In this document: positions 21,701 to 31,210 of the stretch, in pieces | How positions within the stretch are numbered: the first letter of the stretch is position 1 | Layout: each line of letters begins with the position of its first letter | NCBI RefSeq assembly: GCF_006345805.1 | Contig: NC_043007.1 | Span: forward strand, 48,174,001 to 48,238,000 | Direction: 5' to 3' | Origin: Octopus sinensis | Taxonomy: Eukaryota | DNA length: 64,000 nt | Made by a program: the position numbers and the translations under genes | Notes under the pieces: generated by a model | The model's input: the letters and a program-made list of their open reading frames with translations, nothing else | What the model was told of the DNA's origin: nothing | Database searches by the model: none

Positions 21701-24104
21701 GACATAGTTCTCTGCTGTCTAGATGTTTCTGACATCCCCTTTTTGTCATACCTAGGGCACCTTCAATAACAGGAACAGTTCTTGCTTTAAAATACCACAT
21801 CTTTTGTACTTCAATTTCCAGGTCCTTATATTTACTTAATTTATCAGATATATTTTTATCAATGGGAACACTTACATCTATTAATCTACAAATATTTTCT
21901 TCTATGTCTTTAATGATTATGTTTCGTAGATTAGCCTGAATCATTCTGTCAGTGGCATTTCATCCGTTTTCACATTCGGAGTTCAAAGTCCACTAAAGTT
22001 GACTTTGCCTTTCATCCTTCAGAGTCAATAAAATAAATACTAGTTGAATACTGGCGTCAATGTAATCAATTTACTCCCCCTCTGAAATTGCTGGCTTTGT
22101 GTCAAAATTTGAAATTATTAGTATTATTAAGGCTGGTGGAATTGTTAGCACACTGGACAAAATGCTTACCAGCATTTCATTCATCTTTACTTTCTGAGTT
22201 CAAATTCCATCAGGTTGACTTTACCATTCATTCTTTTAGGGTTGATGAAATATGTTCCAGTTTTGCCATGGGGTCAATGTAATTGACTAGCCCACTCCCT
22301 GAAATTTCAGGCTTTGTGCCTATTGCAAAAAAATTTGTTGTTATTGTTGTTGCTGCTGCTGAGTGAAAAACTGCATGCCATCAAAGTGACATCGGGGTAA
22401 AATATACGAAGCCCAGTATACCCATCATGACTACCCATCTGATAAGGGTACACCAGGCACTTGCATCACAAGCATATGTGTGTGAGATGATGATTTCATA
22501 TCAAGATAAATAGCATGTGACCTTGCAACAGAGGCTCAGTAAGAATTTTCTTCAGGTTGAGTAACTCATCCCGCTCGAAAGGTCAATGAATAAGAGTTGT
22601 TTAAGGATGTTGAACGAAACACCCATGGTTCCAGAGGTGAATTATTCAAGCTCCAAAAAATTCCTCTCAAAACATGGCTATGATGTTCCCCCACTACCTC
22701 TGCTTGTGATCAGAGATGCCCATATCGCCAGCCACCAAGTGGCATGTTCAAATGGCTATGGTCAAACAACTGACAAAAAATCTGTGGTATTGAGCAGAAT
22801 ATTTGCTGTAGCCCATCTTTTATGCCAAGACAAACCATGTACATAATAACACTTCCAATCAGTTAAGATCAGAAACCATATCTATGTATTATATACATAT
22901 ATATATATGCATGTGTGTGTGTGTGTGTATATATATAAATATGTATGAAATTTTAAAATAAGATAAAATTTTTATAAGAATTTATCAAGTATTCAGCATG
23001 AAAAACCTCATAAGGGAAAAATTTTTGGTTATTCCCTTTAAATATATTTATTTATATTAAGGGCATTATTATACATAAATGCCTCATGCTATGGGGGACT
23101 CTTAAAGTCAAAACTACCATAATAAATACAGTGTACCGAATGCAAGGGAATACTCTTGAAGTGAGCTCCTTAAAAACAGAATCTGTTTTTAAGAAGCTCA
23201 CTTCGAGAGCTGCATTCTCTCAAGTTTGGTACACTCTATTTATTAGGGTAGTTCTGCTTTTAAGAGTCCCCCATAGCGTGAGGCATCTATGTATAGTAAT
23301 GCCCTTAATATAAATAAATATAAATATGTGTGCATATATATATGCACAGGCGCAGGAATGGCTTTGTGGTAAGTAGCTTGTTTATCAACCACATGGTTCC
23401 GGTTTCAGTCTCACTGCATGGCACCTTGGACAAGTGTCTTCTACTATAGCCTCGGGCCAACCAAAGCCTTGTGAGTGGATTTGGTAGATGGAAACTGAAA
23501 GAAGCCCGTCGTATATATGTATATATATATATATATATATATGCATGTGTGTGTTTGTGTGTCTGTGTTTGTCCCCCTAGCATTGCTTGACAACCGATGC
23601 TGGTGTGTTTATGTCCCTGTTACTTAGCAGTTCGGCAAAAGAGACCGATAGAATAAGTACTGGGCTTACAAAAAAAACGAATAAGTCCCGGGGTTGAGTT
23701 GCTCGATTAAAGGCAGTGCTCCAGCATGGCCGCAGTCAGACTGAAACAAGTAAAAGAGTAAAAGAATATATATATATATACATACAATTCTGTTGATTCA
23801 CAGAGAAGCATTAAATCACAGAGTTCAATATTTAGGTGTAAAGTATTCTTTGATAGGTTGTAACTGGAAGGCTCATAAATCCACGACCCCAAGTTACATG
23901 TTTCTGGTCATTCAACTGGTAAACTGATTCTGTTATTCTTTGAAAAGATGTGTTTGTGTATGTGTGAGCATGTGTGTGATGCAACAGTTATCTAATTATA
24001 CCATTTTTGCATGTTTTTTTACAGTTACCATCCGAGCTTTGAAACAGATGTTTATTGTATCTGCTGCTGTGTCCTGCTATTTCTTGATCCCTAGTAGCAT
24101 CTAG
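4062..24104 (+). CDS. 5'-partial multi-exon CAP(SCP/CRISP/GLIPR1-like)-EGF-ShKT protein with GPI-signal-like C-terminus
   Basis: Nine AG/GT-bounded exons with compatible phases total 771 nt (256 aa + TAG): YWDKDLELVAQARAESCNCSHDKPYFRQIPGKFHTGQNLARQVDSWAAAIHSWYDERKSFTYGVTNDFSKVGRYTEMVQAKTIRIGCGFAKCSSMDFYVCHYGLEASSVTNISHPYEVCSETTSLTDCQGDVCLNGGTMDPETCQCHCTNNTFTSEPLCGMNCSLGYDPADCSMKYTVNDCSLHPHVTMKCPWLCGICPYAEYVTTNNTRVTELTTVYTTMPFPEINTASVTIRALKQMFIVSAAVSCYFLIPSSI*. The start, signal-peptide and HNxxR exons were not found in the window. Confidence 0.9.
4581..4735. mobile_element. Truncated piggyBac-type MITE
   Basis: Begins TTAA-CCTTTC like the complete TTAA-flanked MITE at 11388; breaks off where the 4736 inverted repeat starts. 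Confidence 0.5.
4736..5255. repeat. Near-perfect 202-bp inverted duplication with a 115-bp spacer (intron A-B)
   Basis: 4736-4938 vs 5054-5255, about 4 differences counted by eye. Confidence 0.95.
5898..6034 (+). CDS. CAP gene exon B (phase 1-0): GKFHTGQNLA...SWYDE...VGRYTE
   Basis: tttcag|GA...GAG|gtaatg; GxNL, WYxE and GHYTQ-like CAP motifs. Confidence 0.93.
6125..6678. mobile_element. About 555-bp interspersed element family C, embedded in (ATT)n
   Basis: GAGTGAGAGAGCAGTGCATGCC...GACTGCATCAGGGC with (TAT)n on both sides; 5 copies in the window. Confidence 0.85.
7180..7575 (+). mobile_element. SINE family B
   Basis: CCACATGGTTCTGGGTTCAGTCCCACTG..GGCACCTTGGGCAAG..CCAGCATGGCCACAGTC. Confidence 0.85.
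7580..7995 (-). mobile_element. R4/Dong-type non-LTR retrotransposon 3' fragment (restriction-like endonuclease domain), pseudogenised
   Basis: Minus-strand translation KPDVLMNKNKRTCMIINIACPSDNRIKEKEEKLNIYGDLKWEI...IPVVIGRLG...GTARVL matches the RLE PD..D..K-Y signature. Confidence 0.8.
8071..8477. mobile_element. Family C element, partial
   Basis: Same sequence as 6125-6535; preceded by (ATT)n. Confidence 0.85.
8495..8995. mobile_element. Family C element with internal deletion
   Basis: In tandem with the previous copy, separated by a short (ATT)n. Confidence 0.85.
9649..9734 (+). CDS. CAP gene exon C (phase 0-2): MVQAKTIRIGCGFAKCSSMDFYVCHYGL
   Basis: tttaag|ATG...GA|gtaagt; MVWxxTxxIGC and YVCxY CAP signatures. 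Confidence 0.93.
10770..11150 (-). mobile_element. SINE-like repeat (GGAAGGGCATCCAGCC core) with (ATG)n tail
   Basis: Reverse complement of the family at 28120-28410; adjoins (CAT)n. Confidence 0.6.
11388..11608. mobile_element. piggyBac-type MITE
   Basis: TTAA|CCCTTTAG ... CTAAAGGG|TTAA: TTAA target duplication with CCC/GGG termini. Confidence 0.85.
12155..12219 (+). CDS. CAP gene exon D (phase 2-1): hinge EASSVTNISHPYEVCSETTSLT
   Basis: tttcag|A...G|gtctgt; PY motif follows the CAP core and the phase fits both neighbours. An alternative donor GAA|gtatgt exists at 12191/12192. Confidence 0.8.
12980..13375 (+). mobile_element. SINE family B
   Basis: Same core and 3' end as the other B copies. 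Confidence 0.85.
13804..13905 (+). CDS. CAP gene exon E (phase 1-1): EGF-like DCQGDVCLNGGTMDPETCQCHCTNNTFTSEPLCG
   Basis: catgtag|AT...A|gtaagt; CLNGG..C.C.C...C pattern. Confidence 0.92.
14030..16310 (+). mobile_element. RTE (BovB-like) LINE, near full ORF, decayed, in intron E-F
   Basis: APE motifs (IQCYAPT, IMGDFNVKVG, YTWKSP) and RT motifs (NHRMISLMSHVTKI, QGCILSPDLFNLY, LRYANNT for YADD); many stops and frameshifts. Confidence 0.92.
16514..16630 (+). CDS. CAP gene exon F (phase 1-1): ShKT domain MNCSLGYDPADCSMKYTVNDCSLHPHVTMKCPWLCGICP
   Basis: ttatag|TG...T|gtaagt; six Cys spaced Cx8Cx8Cx9Cx3Cx2C with terminal CPxxCGxC. Confidence 0.92.
17491..17529 (+). CDS. CAP gene exon G (phase 1-1): stalk YAEYVTTNNTRVT
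   Basis: tttccag|AT...G|gtcaga; open frame and phase-compatible, but short with a weak donor. Confidence 0.7.
18234..18670 (+). mobile_element. Two tandem SINE family A copies separated by (ATT)n
   Basis: Two GGCCA(A/G)(T/C)TGGC heads, at about 18239 and about 18470. Confidence 0.8.
18760..19420 (-). mobile_element. R4/Dong-type LINE RT fragment, pseudogenised
   Basis: KINHLLLMVDLKLFVK (for HLLYMDDLKL), followed by AVSLMHxGAG, RKLMT and KLYVxRKxGGRGL-like segments on the minus strand; (TTA)n/(AAT)n nearby on both sides. Confidence 0.8.
19556..20108. mobile_element. Family C element, opposite orientation to the other four
   Basis: Reverse complement of 6125-6678; (AAT)n on both sides. Confidence 0.85.
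20200..20700. repeat. Degenerate trinucleotide tract (TGT/TGC/TAT)
   Basis: About 500 bp of TTGTTGCTATTG-like units. Confidence 0.8.
20784..20837 (+). CDS. CAP gene exon H (phase 1-1): stalk ELTTVYTTMPFPEINTAS
   Basis: long pyrimidine tract then tttacag|AA...G|gtaagg; Thr-rich. Confidence 0.82.
21500..21945 (-). mobile_element. R4/Dong-type LINE 3' fragment (RLE domain) ending near (AAT)n
   Basis: ORF 21633-21944: LIDVSVPIDKNI...KYKDLEIEVQKMW...VPVIEGALG...NTARILRK. Confidence 0.88.
21960..22330 (+). mobile_element. Two tandem SINE family A copies
   Basis: GTTGACTTTGCCTTTCATCC body at about 22000 and a second head at about 22132. Confidence 0.75.
22361..22878. mobile_element. Family C element
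   Basis: Same as 6125; preceded by (TTG/CTG)n. Confidence 0.85.
23044..23321. repeat. About 278-bp imperfect palindrome with a 1-nt loop (centre 23181)
   Basis: AAAAACAGA-A-TCTGTTTTT centre; the left arm is the same family as 2601 and 3088. Confidence 0.9.
23346..23765 (+). mobile_element. SINE family B, complete
   Basis: GGCGCAGGA..TGGC...GGTTCC..GTTCAGTC head through the GAAACAAGTAAAAGAG tail. Confidence 0.9.
24025..24104 (+). CDS. CAP gene terminal coding exon: VTIRALKQMFIVSAAVSCYFLIPSSI*
   Basis: tttttacag| acceptor in phase 1; hydrophobic tail then TAG at 24102-24104; AATAAA downstream. Confidence 0.8.
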
Positions 24105-24563
24105 CATGAAAATACCAGACGGAATTGTAACATGAATTGATACTGATTTGATTGTACCAGATATTTGGCTTTTCAAAATTTAACACCAAAACTAATACAA
24201 TGTATATACTAACAACCACTTCGAATTTTATTACCATGTACTCACAAATAAACAAAATTTATTTTGCTATGATCATACTCACAATACATTTTACCATGTA
24301 CATACTAACAAACGAAATTACCTTCCGATGTTCATACGAATAACAAATTTTACTTTATACATGCTAACAGTGAAATGAATTTTATTGCCATACTGACTAA
24401 CAATTAATACTATCTTTACTAAATGCATACGAACAAACAAAATATATTTTATAATTCAAACTAAAACAGAAGAAAAAATCTCAAACTATATAACTAAAAG
24501 CATATCCTATTAAAGATTGAAGATTTAAGTCTAAAATTATTTTGGAAAAATATGTCTATTTTC

Positions 24564-24569
24564 AATAAA
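24564..24569 (+). terminator. Candidate polyadenylation signal (AATAAA) of the CAP gene
   Basis: AATAAA 460 nt after the stop codon, followed by GT/T-rich sequence; another AATAAA lies near 24247. Confidence 0.45.
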
Positions 24570-24913
24570 GATAACACATTCATTGTGCGTTCTTATTTTT
24601 AATCCAGTAGATGATTACACGGGTGAATATGTGTGTGTGTGTGTGTGTGTGCGTGCTTGCATGCACTTAATTATTCTACCCACATGCCTGTCTCACTGTA
24701 TTGTTGCTATCTGCTAGCCCCCAACCTGTGTTCCACCCACACATAACAAGAAAACTTTTCCCTCGCCCTACCTAAACAAACCAATTTACATCCCCACATC
24801 TCTTCTCTTTCTCGCAATTCCTCCTTCATACACTATGCCTAGCTCTCACTTCACAATCTTGTCCTCAGGGCCCTGTTCCTCTGTATCACTGCTATGTGAT
24901 AGCCCCGCCCCTC

Positions 24914-24946
<33 letters not shown>

Positions 24947-24959
24947 ACATATATATATA

Positions 24960-25860
24960 TCTCTTATTATAAAAGGCAGATTTTATCTGCCTCCCTTTGT
25001 ATCTTATAGAAATCTACAATATAGGATTTCTTCAATTACAATTTACCTAGCATTTTTAAGAGTAGAATGCATCGGGTCATGCCAGGTCCAGTTTTTAAAA
25101 TTTCAACCCCAATTAAGCAAAATTTAGAGAAAACTCACATTGTGGTGTATAAGTCAAATGCATTTCTTAGTGTGGGTTACAGCACTCGCACACACACACA
25201 CACACACAAAGGGAGCGATCTGATTCACTCACGCTATCACTCTCATTTCTCCCACTTTCTCTTTGCAAGTCTACCTTACAACACTACTCAAAAATAAAAA
25301 AAGCAGCAAACAGAAACATAACGATTTACTCCTCACACAATTTCTTCAATTAGACTTTACCTATGATTTTTCAAAGAACTTCCATTGGGTCATGCCATAC
25401 AAAATTTCTTTCAATTTCACCCCCAATTAAGACAAAATTCGAGAAAACTCAATATTTTAACATTTCACTTTGAAGCCTTTATTCTGCCTATTACTCCCAC
25501 TTCCTCTTTAGACACATAGACACATAGACACGCTAATATATGCGACAGTGTCAATTGTTGACAGACATTGTAAGCTAACGTGTGTGTGTGTGTGTGTGTG
25601 CGTGTGTGTGAGGGTGCGTGTGTGTGTGTGTGTGTGTGTGACAGGGATGACCCATTCAGACTGGTCATCCTTTTTGCTAGAAGATCACCTATGCTACACC
25701 ACTGGTTTTCAGTTCATATTAATCAAATTAATATTCACAAGAAGAAGGACTATTCATTATAATATATCAGTTCCATCAGACAACTGCACAAACATTTGCC
25801 ATTTTACACATGTATGTAAACAAATTCCTTTCTTTTAGAATTTCAATTCATTTTCTTTTT
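24960..25860 (+). mobile_element. Helitron-like 5' portion, non-coding
   Basis: A|TCTCTTATTATAAAAG start like the other Helitron 5' ends here; degenerate duplication of about 115 bp (25025 vs 25340); no 3' end of its own seen. Confidence 0.5.
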
Positions 25861-25864
25861 CAAT

Positions 25865-26688
25865 TCATACAAAGTTATTTAGGACGAATATAACATCTAA
25901 AGTTATCTCTAAGAAGCAGAAAGATCGCCCAAAAGTGTATATAGATATTTAAATGTATTTATATATTCATCTATGCACACATGTATGTATAACGTGTGTG
26001 TATATATTTCCATAGAGGTAACCATTCACTCCGCACAAAGTTTTTTAGGACGAAAATAACATCTAAAGTTATCTCTAAGTAGCAGTCGCCCAAAAGTGTA
26101 TATAGACACACACATGTATGTATAATGTGTGTGTATATATTTCCATTGAGGTAACCATTCACTCCATACAAAGTTATTTAGGACGAATATAAGATCTAAA
26201 GTTATCTCTAACAAACAGAAAGATCGCCCAAAAGTGTATATAGATATTTAAATGTATTTATATATTCATCTATACACACATGTATGTATAATGTGTGTGT
26301 ATATATTTCCATAGAGGTAACCATTCACTCCGCACAAAGTTTTTTAGGACGAAAATAACATCTAAAGTTATCTCTAAGAAACAGAAAGATCGCCCAAAAG
26401 TGTATATAGATATTTAAATGTATTTATATATTCATCTATGCACACATGTATGTATAACGTGTGTGTATATATTTCCATAGAGGTAACCATTCACCCCATA
26501 CAAAGTTTTTTAGGACGAAAATAAGATCTAAAGTTATCTCTAAGAAGCAGAAAGATCGTCCAAAAGTGTATATAGATATTTAAATGTATTTATATATTCA
26601 TCTATACACACATGTATGTATAATGTGTGTGTATATATTTCCATAGAGGTAACCACTCACTCCATACAAAGTTTTTTTAGGACGAAAA
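25865..26688. repeat. Minisatellite, 5 units of 166 bp (one unit 133 bp)
   Basis: ATCTAAAGTTATCTCT recurs at 25895, 26061, 26194, 26360 and 26526. Confidence 0.95.
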
Positions 26689-27533
26689 TCTTTATATATA
26701 AAAGAAAGGTTGTGTGTCTGTCTACTCCGATTTAGATTCCTAACTACTCCCACATTTTGCGATGCAGTTTAACCAAAACCGAGTATCTTATAGTCGTGAT
26801 TCATATCGAGCCCTTCTGGGTATTAGCGCGCGTCTACGATGAGTCTACAATTTTACAAATAATTTACCATCATTTTTTCCCATTTTAATGCATTTTTTAA
26901 AATTAAGGGAAGTAACTTTCAAACTTCACACCAATATGCGTGCTCATATGCGACGTAATATCACATCAGCAGCATTTCCTCACACCCTCATTGCACTTGG
27001 CGAAGGCAAAATACCAGGGGATGAAAATGGTAATATTGCCATCGATTCCATTTGTACCATTGTTAAGACGCCTTCTGATCTCAGAGATGCAGTGTTCCTA
27101 GATCTACAAGCTAATTATCAGAATATGGATTGGATTGGCAAAAAGGCTACACTGGCCCCGAGGAATAAAACTGTTCACCATATTAATGATGAAATGCTAA
27201 AACTCATTCCTGGGGAAGTCTATGTATATCAGTCTATCGATACAACTCCTGACCCAGAGGACGTCATCAACTATCCAATAGAGGTACTCAATTCCTTTGA
27301 GCACCCCGGACTACCACCACACATTCTCAAACTTAAAGTTGGTGCCCCTATAATACTCATCAGAAATTTGGTTCCCCCAAAACAATGCAATGGCACACGT
27401 TTGATCGTTAAGTCCTTATCTCCCAGCGTAAGCTTATATCAATATTTGCCTGAATAATCATCATCATTCAGTGCAATCATTAACAGTACTTTCAAGTAAT
27501 TCAGCCCCGAGCAACGCCGGACAATTCTGCTAG
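26689..27533 (+). mobile_element. Non-autonomous Helitron carrying a PIF1-helicase fragment (ORF 26888-27457)
   Basis: A|TC 5' end, CCCGAGCAACGCCGG hairpin and CTAG|T 3' end; LAPRN...GLPPHILKLKVGAPIILIRNL...CNGTRL. Confidence 0.92.
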
Positions 27534-27598
<65 letters not shown>

Positions 27599-27688
27599 CA
27601 TGTTTTTTGTCACTTACACTTCCTTTGCAATATCCTGCCACTTATATTATGGCGTTGAAACCTCAAGGGTATGCCCTGGCACTTGCCA

Positions 27689-27767
<79 letters not shown>

Positions 27768-28119
27768 CCTTTACTCAACCATCCCATCTATATTCTGATC
27801 ACCATTCTTTGTGAGTATACCCAGCATTTTGCCACCATCTCTATCCTGCTGTCTCACACTCTCTCTCTCTCTCTCCCTCTTTCTCTCACTCTCTCTCCCC
27901 CTCTCCTGCACTTCCATCAGGTTGGGTAACCATACATTTCCTTTGCAGTGGTAAACCTGTTTCTGTCTTCATTCCTGATTTTTCTCTCTCCAGCCAGGTA
28001 ACCTTGGTAACTCTATGGCAAGACATCTTTATCTGTCTTACTATAACCTTTCATCATCCAACACAAAATCACCTCCTCTAATGCTTTCTACCTACTTGAA
28101 TTTTTTTTTATATTTTGCA

Positions 28120-28410
28120 AGTACTTGGTGACCCTGTCAGTGCAGGTGCCACTTAAAAGCACCCACTCTACACTGTTAAGTGGTTGGTGTTCTGAAGGGT
28201 ATCCAGCTGTGAAAACCTTGCAAAAACTGACCTCTCCTGTGCTTGTGCCATGTAAAAAGTATTAAGTCCACTCCGCTGAATGGTTGGTGTCAGGAAGGGC
28301 ATCCAGCTGTAAAAATCCTGTCAAACAGTCACAGAAGTCTGGCGCAGGCTTCTACCTGGTCAGCTCTTGTGAAACCATCACACCCATGCTAGAATTGAAG
28401 GCAGACATTA
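28120..28410 (+). mobile_element. SINE-like repeat (GGAAGGGCATCCAGCTG core, internally duplicated) with (GAT)n tail
   Basis: Core occurs twice, about 100 bp apart; ends ACATTAAACGATGATGATG. Confidence 0.65.
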
Positions 28411-28899
28411 AACGATGATGATGATGGCTTTTATTTTATGGTTACAATATAAGGAGCAAGTTGTACACAAATTATTTGCAATTTTGTTATTCATTTTATA
28501 GTTAGTGAAGTTCATCTGTGAGGTACCGTTAGAAGAACGGGTGGAAGAAAGGGAGGAAAAGATTAAGAGAATTTAGACAACTAGAGAAGGTGAAAACTGT
28601 GTAGGCTCTCACATGAGGCACTTCTGCTAGTACCAAACATAAGGAGGAAGAACTGAATTTGGGTTCCATATTTGTATTTTTTCTAAATTAGGTTAGGCTG
28701 AACAAAGGAATTTCTGTGTCTTATCTACCTTGACCTAAGTTTCACTCAAAACGGTCCAATGAGAAATAGAACTCTTCTATGGCAGTTGACTTTTATAAAT
28801 TTTTTAATGCAAATGTTGAGAACAATAGGAAAGAACTCATGGAAAAATCCAGATTCGGTTTTGAATCTTGGCTAAGAATCTAGGAAGCTATTCGCTACA

Positions 28900-29699
28900 A
28901 GAAATTTGTGAGAAGGCATTCAGTCTTGTTGCAAGAAATATGTCCTTCCACTGCATACTTCATCTATCCAGGGCTTAGCAACTATCTCCTGCATGTCAGC
29001 ATACCAAGCGGAATTAATTCTTAGACCCTGTGGAAAGATATGACCTGATATATGCCCTTCATTATCCATCACTCTTAAAACCATCACAATTGCTGGAAAC
29101 TTTGTATACATCACTCTAGGAACATCAGAAGGATTTGCACTTAGCCATATGTCACTTATGTCAGAATTTTGGTTTTGTTAGAAGTTTTTCTCAAAAAAAA
29201 TCTAACCAAAACATATTATGTCCACAAAGGTTTTTAATTTTGCTTAGTAACCATACAGCACAGTTCAAAAGATTTTCCTGTCTTTGCAAACATGAATTAG
29301 CCTCTCCTCGGTACATACAACTTATATCAAATATTATCTTGTTCTACAATTCTGATAGTCCAACAGCTGATGACTTTATTGATTTTCCGATGTCATTATC
29401 AATAATGTTTTGCACCAACTGGACGAATTCTAATGTCCTAACAGTGTCTTAATGCTTAGACTATTTATTTCTCTCTGCTACAGTTAAAACATTTCTGCCA
29501 GTGGTTTCAACATTTAGATAGTTGGCAATTTCTAAATCACTGTTACGCTCATATGGCAACAATGACTGCCTGTGTTTCACTTCTTGTGTTAGCATCTTTT
29601 CTGTTATGGAAGACCCAAAAGAAAAATAAATCTTTTAATTGGTTCGAAGAGAGTAATATACTGATAATCAAGTGTCCTCAAATACACTTTGCACCCTGT
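28900..29699 (-). mobile_element. Tc1/mariner-superfamily transposase remnant with TA-flanked TIR
   Basis: MYTKFPAIVMVL...HIFPQGLRIN...KPWIDEVCSGRTYFLQQD; TA|CAGGGTGCAAAG terminus at about 29699. Confidence 0.8.
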
Positions 29700-29959
29700 A
29701 TATATGTATATATACATATATGTATGACGGAGACGAAGTATGAGTGTTCATCGAAAAGACATAAATTGACAACTAACATACCCATACCCTTCATACCCAT
29801 ACCCCTCTTGCTACACTAGTGAGCAAACTCACCTTATTACTGCTATCCACCAATGTTTACAATTCATTCACTTCACTTGGTGTTTAGTCAATCTCCATGT
29901 TTGTTTTATTGCTGATTCTGGTTTATTCCATACAACTGATTATTCAATACTGGAGAGTG

Positions 29960-31210
29960 TACGAACGGGTACCCAAAAGAAACCGGAATTTGCAATATTA
30001 TTTTATTTACTTAGTTTTATATGTTTACACTTTTATCGACTTCAAAGCATTCTCTATCTGAAGGAATGCATCAGTCCAGATGTGTTTTACACCGTTCGAA
30101 GCAGTTCTGGAACTCTTGCGAAGTGATACCTTTTAACGCCTCCGCCGTTCTTTCAAATCTGCAAAACGTTTTCCTTTAAGGACTTTTTAAGCCGCAGGGT
30201 GCAAGTTCGGTCGAATTGGAAAAGTGGGTAGCAAGATCATACCATTTTTGACAAAAGCTGTCTCACACTCTATGCGGTGTGCACAGGTGTATTGTCGTGA
30301 TGACACCATCACTCTCCACTTTGCCACTGGTTGGGACGTTCTTGTCACACCGCGTCTCGCAAACGCTTCAGAAATGTTAAGTAAAATGTCTGGTCAACAG
30401 TTTGACCAGAAGGAATAAATGCTGTGTGGACAATTCCTTTCGCATCGATGAAACATGACATTGGACTTCACATGATGCGCTTTGGGGAGCGTGGTGACAT
30501 TGAATGCTTCCATTGACTTGATTGCTGCTTCGTTTACGGATCGTAGCTGTAGCGCTAGCTTTCGTCATCAATGATGACCGCAAAAAGTTTCGGATCAACT
30601 TCCAACTGTTTTTTCAGTTCACTACACGCATTCAATCATGACTACTTTTGCCCTTCCGTGAGCAAGCGAGACACACATTTTGCTACAACTCTTTTCATTC
30701 ACAATTCCTCGCTGAAAATTCGTTGACAAGAGCTCCAAGATACACTAGTCATATCGACAAATTTATCAAATGTTCAGCGACTGTCCTCCAAGATCAGTTC
30801 ATGAATTTTCATGATGTTTTCATTCGTTCGGGAGGTTGACGATAGCATAAACGAGGTTGGTCTACAAGTGACAAGTGACCATTCATTCCTAAAGCGTGAA
30901 AACCACTCGTAAACTTGTGTTCCACTCATGGCAGCGTACTTGTAAGCTGTTTGAAACATGAAAACTGTTTTGGCTACCGTCTTCCCCAGCAGAAAACATA
31001 ATTTCATGGGAGCAAGCCGTTCTTTCGTTTCAACCATCGCAAAAAATCGACGAACAGAGGAGAAACATGGTAAAACAAAGATGCACCACATGGCAGTACG
31101 ACTTCACTCGATGCCTGATGGCCGCATCAAGTGGCTTCCAGCGGCGGAAGCCTGATCTACAATGGGCTTGCCCCACAGAGAACGTTTCTGGTTACTTTGG
31201 GGTATACTGT
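29960..31210 (-). mobile_element. Mariner-like element, decayed
   Basis: KLCFLLGKT...AMSGTQVYEWFSRF...SRTNENI HTH region; imperfect TIRs GTACCCAAAAGAAACCGGAA and TTCTGGTTACTTTGGGGTATAC. Confidence 0.88.

Noticed and set aside
25865-26688. Array as a CRISPR or coding repeat
   Set aside because: Whole units are similar with no unique spacers, the context is eukaryotic, and the frames contain stops.
29484-29819. Hydrophobic ORF (MATMTACVSLLVLASFLLW) as the last, transmembrane exon of the CAP gene
   Set aside because: The acceptor gives the wrong phase for that frame, the segment lies antisense within a Tc1-like element, and a better terminal exon exists at 24025.
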